A DNA stretch of 63,757 nucleotides, the filler included, from Octopus bimaculoides (Eukaryota), in the NCBI RefSeq assembly GCF_001194135.2. It is 4 parts of 3 records of this genome, joined end to end, with 100 filler letters (N's around TTAATTAATTAA, not from the genome) between each part and the next. Parts side by side here need not be neighbours in the genome. Positions count along the whole stretch, not along the records: positions 35,907 to 55,143 come from NC_068982.1; 3 more parts are not named here. One strand, given 5' to 3'. A program made the position numbers and the translations under genes. Positions 40,505-51,877 of the stretch are shown here, piece by piece. Numbering within the stretch: position 1 is the first letter of the stretch; the number at the start of each line of letters is the position of its first letter. The notes under the pieces are model-generated. The model ran no database searches. It had not been told where the DNA came from and was given only the letters and a program-made list of their open reading frames with translations.

Positions 40505-41770
40505 ATGGATTTGAAATTGTATGCCCTAAGATATTCAGCAAAGAATATCCCAACTCCATTGAATGAGCTCTATACAAGGCTCCTGCTGGAGAAGATGATT
40601 AACCTGGTCAGGTGAATAAGATGGAAGGCCCTTTTTCTTCAACCAGCCCTAATCATCTATGAAGACTGAATGTTTTGGACTGAAATTCAGGATGTTCTCA
40701 CCTAAGATCAAGGAACTGGAGGCCTTCAAGAATGACCTCTTGGACATTATACCCCAACTGAAATTCCATAAGTCCTCAAATGCTTTCCAACATAAACTTA
40801 GAGCAGATATCAGTAGACTTAGATCTCCTGATAGGACCTTTCTGTTCTCTAAAAATGTATAGACTAAAAATGTATATAGAGTAAGTAACAATGCATATGC
40901 ACAGCTACTTAACAACAGCATCACACAAACATACTGGAGAGCAGCCCCTCAAGCTTATAATGGCATTAGCTATGAGGCCAAGGATGTAGCAGTTAAAGTA
41001 GGTATAGAGCATGTGGTAGAGACACTTGCAAAAAAGAAGCTTTTATTGTGATCAAGGATCATAAACTAAACTTTGCCTCTAACCCCAAGTGCAGGCTGAT
41101 AAATCTCACAAAGTCAGACGGGTGAGATCAGACAGGTGAGCAAACAGCATATCAGGAAGATATGACATTAGAAGTGCTTCTGGCCTCACCCTTCGGTGTA
41201 ACACCAGTGAGATCATAACATGGTTTAAAACCAATAGTGGAAGGGGTGGAGATAGGTTTACTCAATTCAATATAGTGGTCTTCTATCCATCTATATCAAA
41301 GGAGCTCCCTTTTAAGGCACAGGACTTCACTAGGGCCTATACTGAAGTTAGTGACAAGGATGTATGCATTATCATGCATACCAGAAGAACCCAACTCTTC
41401 AGTAAGGGGTCAGCCTGGGCCAAACAAACTGACCCAAAAGGCTCCTTTGATGTGGCAATGGGTGTGTTCAACAGCACTGACATGTGTGACCGCATTGTTT
41501 TTTTTCACCCTAGATTTACTCAAAAAGAAGTTATTGTCTATGAGCTTTAGCCTCCACAGGGATTATGCTCTGGCAATATCAAGAGGAGCAAATGGCCACA
41601 TGCTAGATATGCAAAGAAAGGACTTCACCAGCACCATGTATTCCCTTGGACTGAAGGACATGATAGAAATAGTAGATTTCCTTGATGTGACCCTGGACTT
41701 AAAGTCAGGAGCCTACAGACCCTTTAGGAAACCAAATGAGAAGCTATCATATGTGGGTACCTGTCACTGA
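40505..41770 (+). pseudogene. Penelope-like retroelement RT pseudogene (motifs most like the Naiad/Chlamys group)
   Basis: ATG at 40505 gives YSAKNIPTP..YTRLLLEKM..VR*IRWKALF, then ELEAFKNDLL, IKDHKLNFASNPKCRLIN.TKS, FYPSISKEL, FDVAMGVFNSTDMCD, HRDYAL and VDFLDVTLDLKSGAYRPFRKPN. Many stops and frameshifts; the 3' endonuclease is missing. Confidence 0.85.
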
Positions 41771-42414
41771 GGACTTGCAGTATGCTAAAATCATGTGATC
41801 TGGTAATTCCAACACCCATACAAGATGATCCCCAAACTGTATACATGTGTGTGCTCTTAGCACTGTGCATATGTATGAGAGGTTCTCTCAGGACAAATAC
41901 TGCAGTATATAGCATTTAAACAATATGTCTATAATAAGTAGAATATAAAGTATGTGTGTGTATGTATATACATACTTACATTCTTCTGATGGTCATTCCT
42001 TGTCATGGAGAGCAATGCTTATCAACAGTCTAATGTTCTTTGGTAGGACTATGCATGGCAGCAAAGTTGAAGAACAGAAGCCAGATTGAAAAAGAATAAT
42101 CCCGCTTCATGCTGCCTAATGGCAGAACAACTCTTGCAGACAACAAGGGCTGATTTGAATAATATTTGAACTAATAGAGGAAGGCAATGCTAGATGAACT
42201 GACCAAGAAAGTGTTACTCAAAGCTAATCCAACTCAGCAATAGTCTGTTTTAATTTCATCAACTGAACCTTGCTTGTCTCACACTAAATGTGCCGTAGAG
42301 GATTGTCCTGAATGAAGCCATAGTGTGTGGCTCTTATTTTGACAATTTATGATCCATCAGAAACAAATCCATGCCAAGGATATTTCATCCTGCTGTGTGT
42401 ATATATGTGAAAGC

Positions 42415-42600
42415 ACATGGCCTAGTGGTTAGGCTGTTACACTCATGATCACTAGATCATGGGTTCGATTCCCAGACCAGGAGGTACATTGTTTTCTTGA
42501 ACAAAACACTTCAGTTCATGTTGCTTCAATCCCCTTTTAATCAAGTGTTGGCCTGCTCGCCTAACCAGCTGGGTTGCGTCCTTTGATGGCTAAAATGATG
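42415..42600 (+). mobile_element. tRNA-derived SINE head (family C-like)
   Basis: TGGCCTAGTGGTTAGG A-box and GGTTCGATTCCC B-box followed by the SINE core. No tRNA 3' acceptor stem. Confidence 0.7.
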
Positions 42601-42649
42601 CAATGCACAGCATTATTTGATACTCCCTCTCTCTCTCTATCTCTCTCTC

Positions 42650-42683
<34 letters not shown>

Positions 42684-43300
42684 NNNNNNNNNNNNNNNNN
42701 NNNNNNNNNNNNNNNNNNNNNNNNNNNNNNNNNNNNNNNNNNNNNNNNNNNNNNNNNNNNNNNNNNNNNNNNNNNNNNNNNNNNNNNNNNNNNNNNNNNN
42801 NNNNNNNNNNNNNNNNNNNNNNNNNNNNNNNNNNNNNNNNNNNNNNNNNNNNNNNNNNNNNNNNNNNNNNNNNNNNNNNNNNNNNNNNNNNNNNNNNNNN
42901 NNNNNNNNNNNNNNNNNNNNNNNNNNNNNNNNNNNNNNNNNNNNNNNNNNNNNNNNNNNNNNNNNNNNNNNNNNNNNNNNNNNNNNNNNNNNNNNNNNNN
43001 NNNNNNNNNNNNNNNNNNNNNNNNNNNNNNNNNNNNNNNNNNNNNNNNNNNNNNNNNNNNNNNNNNNNNNNNNNNNNNNNNNNNNNNNNNNNNNNNNNNN
43101 NNNNNNNNNNNNNNNNNNNNNNNNNNNNNNNNNNNNNNNNNNNNNNNNNNNNNNNNNNNNNNNNNNNNNNNNNNNNNNNNNNNNNNNNNNNNNNNNNNNN
43201 NNNNNNNNNNNNNNNNNNNNNNNNNNNNNNNNNNNNNNNNNNNNNNNNNNNNNNNNNNNNNNNNNNNNNNNNNNNNNNNNNNNNNNNNNNNNNNNNNNNN

Positions 43301-43410
43301 AAACTCTGCCAAATCAGACTGGAGCCTGGTGTTGCCATCCGGTTTCACCAGTCCTCAGTCAAATCGTCCAACCCATGCTAGCATGGAAAGCGGACGTTAA
43401 ACGATGATGA
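43301..43410 (-). mobile_element. Family D (RTE-tail-like) repeat end
   Basis: Nearly identical to 48122-48240; ends in (GAT)n. Confidence 0.8.
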
Positions 43411-43466
43411 TGATGATGATGATATATATATATATATATAGACTATATGTATGTATGTATACATAT

Positions 43467-43509
<43 letters not shown>

Positions 43510-43755
43510 CAGGGTAGGCCAAAAGTCACCCAACAGTAAATCAAAATTTCATAAATACTATCTGTAATTCTGTATTGACTTGAATGGAAAAAATGTGTCG
43601 CTCAAGAAGGACTTCACTTTGAACAATTTCCATGATGTTTCATATTTCGATGCTTTTATGAAAACCATATTCCACAAGGAGAGATTACTTAACATAAATA
43701 AATCTTGGAATTAATTGGTTTTGATTTACTGTCAGGTGACTTTTGGCCAACCCTG
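43510..43755. mobile_element. Tc1/mariner-derived MITE with about 37-bp TIRs and TA target site
   Basis: CAGGGTAGGCCAAAAGTCACCCAACAGTAAATCAAAA versus (reverse complement) CAGGGTTGGCCAAAAGTCACCTGACAGTAAATCAAAA. The internal remnant KCVAQEGLHFEQFP* resembles a transposase C-terminus. Confidence 0.9.
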
Positions 43756-44399
43756 TATATGAAGGATCGAGACACCTGACACTTTGCTGAACTCAAGAAG
43801 ACACTTTCTCCACAGAAATCTACTTTGACCCAACTACTCTAATAAGCAACAGCATTCCAGACATGAACTTCACTCCTGTCAACACAATTTACCTCAGAAT
43901 ACATTATCCTATACTTTTTTTTAAGCTTGTGGTCAATGAGAGTGATTTGGCATCTGTTTCTAGCAGATTGAGTAAACTAAATATAATCAGCAGTAGCAGC
44001 AGAGGTAGTGGTGGTAATAGTGGTTGCTTTAGCGAGATAATAGCGTACAGGTGAAGTATGAGTGAGAGAGAGAGAGAGAAAGAGAAAGAGAGAGAGAGAG
44101 AGAAAAAGAGAGAGAAAGCTATAAATTTGTCTTGACAATGTTTTAATGTTAAGTTTCAACTGTAAAAAAAAAAAATTAACCGTTTCAATTAACTCTTTCA
44201 ATTATGTTTCCGAAATGTTTATGTCTTTGTTTGTTTGCATTACATGAAATCTAAATAATTATTATCTTATTTGGAAATGTTAATTTATATAATAATTGCA
44301 TTATACATGGAGGAAGAAAGTCAATTGAAACCATATTCCACAAGAAGAGATTACTTAACATTTTTGTTGTTTGAAGTCTTCTCTAAAAATGAAAATTAT

Positions 44400-44432
<33 letters not shown>

Positions 44433-44551
44433 TAGTCATACATATATACATANNNNNNNNNNNNNNNNNNNNNNNNNNNNNNNNNNNNNNNNNNNNNNNN
44501 NNNNNNNNNNNNNNNNNNNNNNNNNNNNNNNNNNNNGTGTATGTATGTATG

Positions 44552-44597
<46 letters not shown>

Positions 44598-44612
44598 TGC
44601 ATACATATGCAT

Positions 44613-44645
<33 letters not shown>

Positions 44646-45124
44646 CATATATATATATACATATACTCATAGACACACACACACATACATGCACACACAC
44701 ATACATGCACACACACATACACGCGCATGTGCACACACATACACACATGCAAACACACATACACCCATATACACACAAAGCAAAAACAATTTGTGTTGTT
44801 TTTCTGAAAATGGTTTGTTATTTCTTATTTTGAAGAATTCAAATTTGAAATACGTCTCATATGAATCATTGCCAGAGCAAAGAACTTTCCTTACGGGTGA
44901 GGGGGGGGGTGCTAGGAGAAGGAGAGGCATATGTAACATAGGGAACTAGCTTTCTCACCCCTGCACCACCACCTGTCCCATTTGTTCAACTTCTTTCTGG
45001 GCTTCCGGCATTGAACTCAGATGTCAGAAGATAAGAGAAATTCAGAAAAGGTTTGTTACAATGGTTCAGTCTTAAAATCTTATGTTAGGATATATATATA
45101 TGTGCAAACCTGAACACCAAACCC

Positions 45125-45500
45125 TTAATCTGTTAATCGTTAATTAACGAAGTTAACATTTTCATTAACAATCTTTTAAGTTAACTTTGGAAATCATTAT
45201 CGGACTAATTAACTTCCGTTACGTTTAACTTCCGTTAACTGAAAGTCAACTTAAGTTAATGTCTGCTAGCTTCAATTGAATTGAAGTTAACGGATTTTAT
45301 AGTTTTGGTACTTTTTAAATGTGCTTTGGGGTGGTTTTAGAGCTAAACCTGATTTTTTCTTTCTATAATAAAAATTAACGTTAACGGTTTATCAATAACT
45401 TCCGTTACATTTTTAAAGAATTAACTGATTGATGGTTATCGAAGTTAACTCTTTGGTTAACGGATTAATGAAGTTAACTTTTCAATTAGCAGTATCCACC
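45125..45500. repeat. GTTAAC-rich interspersed element of unknown class
   Basis: Eight GTTAAC palindromes (45152, 45180, 45234, 45286, 45380, 45444, 45456, 45473) plus related variants. Confidence 0.6.
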
Positions 45501-45510
45501 TTTGTATATG

Positions 45511-45548
<38 letters not shown>

Positions 45549-45667
45549 GGTAAAGCAAATATTAGAGGTAATACTTGATAATTGCAAGCACCTGTATATG
45601 CCAGATAGTGGCCGAGGTGAAAGGATAAATTAAAAACGTAAAATTAAAACAGGACACAAAGGATTCC

Positions 45668-45766
45668 GCGGTACAAGTGTTTCAAGCTTTATACACAAAC
45701 AGTCGTTGCATCATTATATGGGTATATAATTGATAGACAGGATGGTTTAAAGCTATCTTCAGCCGC
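45668..45766 (-). ncRNA. Type I hammerhead ribozyme motif inside a short inverted-repeat-bounded unit
   Basis: Minus strand GCGG-CTGAAGA-T-AGCTTTA..loop..TAAAGCT-T-GAAAC-ACTT-GTA-CCGC. Confidence 0.7.
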
Positions 45767-47616
45767 AAATATATTCTTTCCCAGGATTATATCACAAAGA
45801 AGAAATCAACAAGAAAAAAGTGTCGTTTTAATTTTACGTTTTTAATTTATATATATATGTATATATATATAGATATATATATATAAATATATATATGTAC
45901 ATACATATATACACATCCATGCTAGCATGGAAGGCAGATGTTAAACGATGATGATATACATATATGTGTGTATACACACTCATACACATGAACACATATA
46001 TACAGTCAAAAGGTAAGAGCTAGATATACTCAATATAGAAAGCATATCTTTCTCAACAAGGTCCATAGGGTAAAGAGTTGCTGTAAGAGAAATCCAGGTG
46101 AGCTGATATGGAGATAGTGATGCAGATAGTCATGGTTAGGTTTGATATAAATAAATAAACATACACAGAGACAGACAGAGATATATAGAAAGATACATAT
46201 AACTATATATCAGAAGATAAACATATAAGTACAAGAATATATTTATATATATAGATAAATATATTTGCAGAGGACATAAAAAAACACAGAATACTAAGGA
46301 GAGAATGCATAGTTTCTCTTAACTCAAGAGTTGTTTCTGGAAGCTCGGAATTACATAATAATTGTAATGTTCACAATTAGCAGATGGAATGTGCAAAGAA
46401 TCATGGGTATGCAACAGTAAATGGTCCCATACAGATATTACCATAAGGCCAGTTTCCTAAATCAGACGAAAGAATTGGCAAAAGCAGTTCACTGCATTGC
46501 TAGATTAGATTGGAGCCTAGTGCAGCTGCTGGCTTTCCAAGCCTCAGTCAGAAAACAGTTAAAGATTAGTGGAAAGAAGGGCATTCAGTTGTAAACCAAT
46601 GCCTCAATAACATATCCATCTAAACTGTGCTAGCATGGGAAAATGGATGTAAAACAAATGAATGAACCTTGTTCATGGCTGTATCAGAAACTATAAAGTT
46701 TAGCACTGAAATATTGAGGGTTTAGTGGCATGTTATGTATAATGAGAGTTACTGCACAAGACAGCTTCTGTGATACATGTAAAGCTATAGATAGAGACTA
46801 GGTTTCCGTGTACCTTTCTACTGAATGATGTTCTCAAGGTAATATGAGAGATATTTGACTGCTATTTCTAGCAGGCCAGTGTAGTTCTTGTGACTCTTTT
46901 ATTAGCTTGTTTAATAGATGGTAGGTAAGTGATGCAGCAAATGAAGATCTGGGGAGTAGTGCATCAAGGGGCACATAGCTTCTGGGAGAGGGGACAAGAA
47001 GGGAAGGTAATAATCGTTGTGATGACTGACAGACAGGTGAATGTAGGGAGCTGTGAAGGAGGAGGAAGAGCAAGAGGAGCAGGTGGAGGAGAGCAAAAAA
47101 AAAAGATAAAAGATGTAGAGGTAGGACAAAGAAGAAGAAGAAGAAGAGGAAAAAAAGTGAAAACAGAAGAAAATGAGGCTGATAGGAAAGGTGACAGGAA
47201 ATTTGTGGAGTGGGGTGGGTGAGAAAAGAAAATAAAGGAAGTGAGTGACTGTTCCTGCAACTCCACCACCTCCCTTCTTTCCCTGTTTAAGTGATGACAC
47301 AGATATGAAGGTGGAGTGGGGGGAGACAGGGGATGACAAAAAAGACAATAGTGTCTGGCAGCACCCACCCTTCTACTGTTCTCCTCCAGACATCTCAGCT
47401 TCCTTCCCCACTCCCCACCCCCAAGGCAATGGAGAGAGGAGAGGTTTTTTTACAACTACTAGGACTACTACTACTACTACTACTACTACCACAATTCTAC
47501 TACAACCACTATTCACTACCATAATAACTATAGCTACAATAACTGTACAAACATTTTAACACCAGGCTCCACTTCCCACCACCATCAAACTGCTACTATC
47601 ACTGTATAGGTAAACA

Positions 47617-47653
<37 letters not shown>

Positions 47654-47772
47654 GGTTTAGATATAGATTCAAGGCTTGAATATGGTACTTATGCGAAGGC
47701 ACCCGAATATCACATCCCAAAAGGATGGGTGATTAAAATCAAATAATAAGCAACACGGATTTCAAAAGTGAT

Positions 47773-47861
47773 TGCAGTACGCACGTTTCATGCTACTTCG
47801 ATTTATTTAAGTAATGTGAGCATTACCTTAAATGCAATATGAAGAGCAATCTTCAGCTGCA
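47773..47861 (-). ncRNA. Type I hammerhead ribozyme motif
   Basis: Minus strand TGCAG-CTGAAGA-T-TGCTCTTC..inner hairpin..GAAGTAGCA-T-GAAAC-GTGC-GTA-CTGCA. Confidence 0.75.
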
Positions 47862-47984
47862 CGNNNNNNNNNNNNNNNNNNNNNNNNNNNNNNNNNNNNN
47901 NNNNNNNNNNNNNNNNNNNNNNNNNNNNNNNNNNNNNNNNNNNNNNNNNNNNNNNNNNNNNNNNNNNNNNNNNNNNNNNNNNNN

Positions 47985-48250
47985 TGCGGGTGGCACATAA
48001 AATACACCATTTTGAGCATGGCCGTTACCAGTACTGCCTGACTGGCCTTCGTGCCGGTGGCACGTAAAAGCACCCTCTACACTCTTGGAGTGGTTGGCGT
48101 TAGGAAGGGCATCCAGCTGTAGAAACTCTGCCAAATTGGATTGGAGCCTGGTGTAGCCATCTGGTTTCACCAGTCCTCAGTCAAATCGTCCAACCCATGC
48201 TAGCATGGAAAGCGGACGTTAAACGACGATGATGATGATGATGATGATAT
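47985..48250 (-). mobile_element. Family D repeat (RTE-like 3' tail, GGATGCCCTTCCTAACGCCAACC motif)
   Basis: Multiple copies in the window (43301, 39420, 54400, 63715), ending in (CAT)n/(GAT)n. Confidence 0.8.
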
Positions 48251-48793
48251 AAAAGCGTGTCAGTTGTACTTAGTGCACCTGAGAATGACCAGGGGTCAAA
48301 ATTATCATTGTGTGAACTATTAAACAAAATCCCACAGCTGATGTTACAACTACTTTGCATCTTATTCTATATTATCAAATTATGCAATTATGTAATTATA
48401 TATATATATATATATCCCACCCATGCCAGCATGGAAGGTGGACGTTAAACAAGCCTCATTGCTTGCCTTTCCTCATTACTTTAACTTATACCTATTGACT
48501 CAAAGAGATGCCACCTCTGGCCATTTTTGAATGAGTTGGTTATTGATTTACTTCTTGAATTTGTTTACCGATACTGTTGTACATAGGGTAAATGTGTTTG
48601 AAAGTTGAGGTTTCTTTGGTATGTTTGTTCCCAAACAACACTTATTTTAGTACTGTTGACACCACCAGATTGAATGGTACCGCCCAGGTGTCGAAACCAT
48701 AATGATATCCGTGGGGCAGCTGATGATGGAAGTATGCTGGATTGTTGGTATGGCTGTTTTGTATATGTGGAATAGTATTACAACACATCCTTT

Positions 48794-48829
<36 letters not shown>

Positions 48830-49294
48830 GGACAGAGATAGTTAGACACATATATATATATATGGCATTATAACATCTATATCTTTTACAAAAGATGTTA
48901 ATAAACATAACTATATTTAGTGAAGAAAAACTATATTCCTAGATAGTTCTTTACAGCTGTTTCAAAAATTCAATGAGAGGTTGATGTAATAATATGTATT
49001 ACACAAACAGGTGTGCATGGGGATGCAGGAATATATTATTTTCTTTGTCAAATATACTTATGGTTATGTTTATGTGCTACCTTTTATAAATGATATAAAT
49101 GATGCAATATTGTATGTATACGCTTATCTATGTTTTTCCTCTTTATATATAGCTTTATATACATAGACACACACCACACATACACACACAAGGTTAAGGT
49201 AGAATACACTTGCCCCCTGTGCCACACAATGGTAACAAATCTGCAAGAACATGACTGCTTATCAAACTTCTTATAACAACTATGTTTACAGGTA

Positions 49295-50700
49295 CAGTGC
49301 CCTACAAAATGTTTTTGACAACCCACTGAATTTACATTTATTTTTTTGTGTCTAATTAGATAAGTTTTTCTCATCTTTAAAATTATGTATATAAACATTA
49401 TTGAATTTTGGGATTGATTGTAACTTATATTTGATGTAACGCAACAATGAAAACCATTGGGGAAAAATAGATATTGATGAATTTATATGCAGGCAAGTCA
49501 TCAGCTGATATAATTGTGGTATGTCCAGTTGAGAAAACAGCTCATATTTTCAGCATTAATAATGAAATAGTGAATAGCATAATCAAAATGTGCATCGAAG
49601 AAAAGCAATGTTGAGTGAAGAAGAGATCTAAGAGGCCACAGAAAGTTTCTGAGAGGGCAAAGAAGGTTACGAGTGAAGGAAGTTATTAAACATCAATGGA
49701 TAACTGTTACAGAGGCTGCAAATCTATAGATATACCACTGTGTTGTGTAAGAACAGTATTGAAAGATCTTGGATATGAATGAAGAATTGCCAGAAAGAAC
49801 CTAAGATTTCAAAAGCCTAATAAGACCTAAAGATATGAAATAGACTAAAGAGTTCTGTAACAAGAGAGACAAGTTTTCACCATCAATAATATGGCCTAAT
49901 GAAGGCAAATTCTTGCCAACTTCATATCGTATAACAAAGCCCAAAACATGGGGGCTTGTTTATTTACTGTTAAACATGGAGGAGTAGGAGTTATGTTAAG
50001 GGGTAGGATAAGTTTAGGCAACAGACAGATTAGAGCACCTTTTTGTTGAAAATCTTCTGGGTGATCCAAAGAACTGTCAAATACATGAAAAGGTCTATTA
50101 CCCATCAAATCCAATGTAGGGATCAATAATCTTTTGTCTTTTACTTGTTTCAGTCATTGGTCAGTGGCCATACTGGGGCACTACCACACTACCTTAAAAT
50201 GTTTAGTCAAATAAATCAATCCCAATATTTCATTTTCAAGTCTGGTGCATATTCTACTGGTATCTTTCTTTTGCTGAATAACTAAGCTATGGGGATGTAA
50301 ACAAACCAAGACTGGTAGTCAAGGGGTTGAGGGGAGGGAACAAACACAACACAAACACACATGTATACAAACACAACTGAATTTCCCACAGTTTATGCCA
50401 ACCAAATTCACTCACAAGGTGTTGGTCAGTTTGGGGCTGCCCAAGTTGCTGCACAAGGTGCTGCACAGTGGAACTGAACACAAAACCATATGGCTGCAAA
50501 GCAAGCTTCTTAACCACCTAGCCACGTCAACACCTATCAATCTCTCTCAAGAAAACAGAGCCCCATACCATAAAGGTAGGGCATCAAAAGCATGGAAAAG
50601 AACTCACAAAACTGATTTTCTGAAACGGGTAGACCAAAACCCCAATCATAATCCAATAGAACTGAAAAAAAAACTAAGTGTAGATTAATGACTTGTAAGA
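49295..50700 (+). mobile_element. Decayed Tc1 (DD34E-type) transposon, interrupted by a SINE
   Basis: TA-CAGTGCCCTACAAAATGTTTTTGACAACCC left end. Remnants RSKRPQKVSER, RIARK, IIWPNEGKF, TVKHGGVGVMLRG, then QENRAPYH..KAW..DQNPNHNPIE (compare QQDNAPxH..SPDLNPIE). Confidence 0.8.
50138..50527 (-). mobile_element. Old, CpG-decayed SINE family A nested in the Tc1
   Basis: Reverse-complement similarity to 13128-13510. Confidence 0.8.
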
Positions 50701-50719
50701 GCTTTACAAACCCAACACA

Positions 50720-51200
50720 GAGATGCTGTTAACAAAGTGAAAGTTAGCAATGTGTTTGGTGAGGGATTTAGCATACAGCTATGTATCCATCAGGGTTCAG
50801 TTTTTGGCACCTGTTTATTACAGTTCTCCAAGCCACAATGGAGGAGTTTAAGACTGGCTATCCATGAAATTAGGCTATCCATGAAACTACTATATGTCAA
50901 TTACTTACTTCTCTAAGTTGAGTCTATCAATGAATTAGAGGAAAGAATTTTAAATGTGGAAGCAAAGCCTAGAATCAAGAGTTCTTAAAATAAGCCTAGC
51001 AAGGAGGAGGAAAGATGACCAAACTCTTCAACCATTCGGTCAATGTTTCTGCATATTTAGTATGGCTGTGTTCCATTTGGGAAATAGCCATGTTAATATG
51101 CAGCAAAGGAGAAGGTAAGAATTTCACACTGTATAGCCAACATAAAATATGGATGCATGAGGGGTGGAGTGAGATCACAGAGAGGCTGGGAGAGAAGAAA
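50720..51200 (+). mobile_element. RTE-clade LINE RT remnant
   Basis: NKVKVSNVFGEGFSIQLCIHQGSVF (compare VGVHQGSVLSP), decayed ELLYADD-like and LESxGLxVN-like stretches. Confidence 0.7.
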
Positions 51201-51877
51201 TCGTTTGTTTGAAGATGGGCAGGAGTACTGGAACAGTAAGAATATCTATGAGATAAATTTTTTCAAAAACTTGATGGGCTCCCTTGAAGTAGGTGACAGG
51301 TATTTCCAAAAAGACTAACACACACTCACTATGTATACACATACACATATATATGTATGCACAAACACATATATATCTTTGCTTCAGTCATTTGACTGCG
51401 GCCATGCTTGAAGGGTTTTTAATGTAAAAAATTCGACCCCAGGACTTATATTCTTTTTAAAGTCTGGTACTTATTCTAACTGTCTCTTTTGCTGAACCAC
51501 TTAATTACAGGGATGTAAACACACCAACACCAGTCAAGTGATGGCGGGGGACAAACACAGGCACACACACACATAGATATATACATATATAAAATACAAG
51601 GGTTTAGTTCACAGGTGACCTAAATGGACAGGTAAGTTGGGTAAGTGCTGTAACAGATTACCAGGGTTCCACGCTTGTAACCAAGATAGAAGTTATGAAC
51701 TATGGAACTACAGCAGATTTCCGATACAGCAGATAAAAATTTGTTTACAAGGAAAACAAACACTAAGGCAAGACATTTTCAGTCATATATGTTATTATTA
51801 TTAAAAGTTATTAAGCAATGTTTTTAAGCAATTATTTTAGCAATTTTTGAAATTTTACTCTTTTTTTACTCTTTACT

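Noticed and set aside
40612-40616. In-frame TGA in the PLE ORF as possible selenocysteine (reported for some Naiad elements)
   Set aside because: It falls at a position expected to be Arg (KR.RWKA motif) in a CpG-decayed, multiply disrupted copy, so CGA to TGA is the simpler explanation. No SECIS was seen.
42415-42490. Possible tRNA gene (also 5822-5900 and 17750-17820)
   Set aside because: A and B boxes are present but there is no closing acceptor stem, and each continues into SINE body sequence.
47853-48170. ORF MKPDGYTRLQSNLAEFLQLDALPNANH...
   Set aside because: It lies wholly within a multi-copy repeat tail (a near-identical start occurs at 43348) and is not a host gene.
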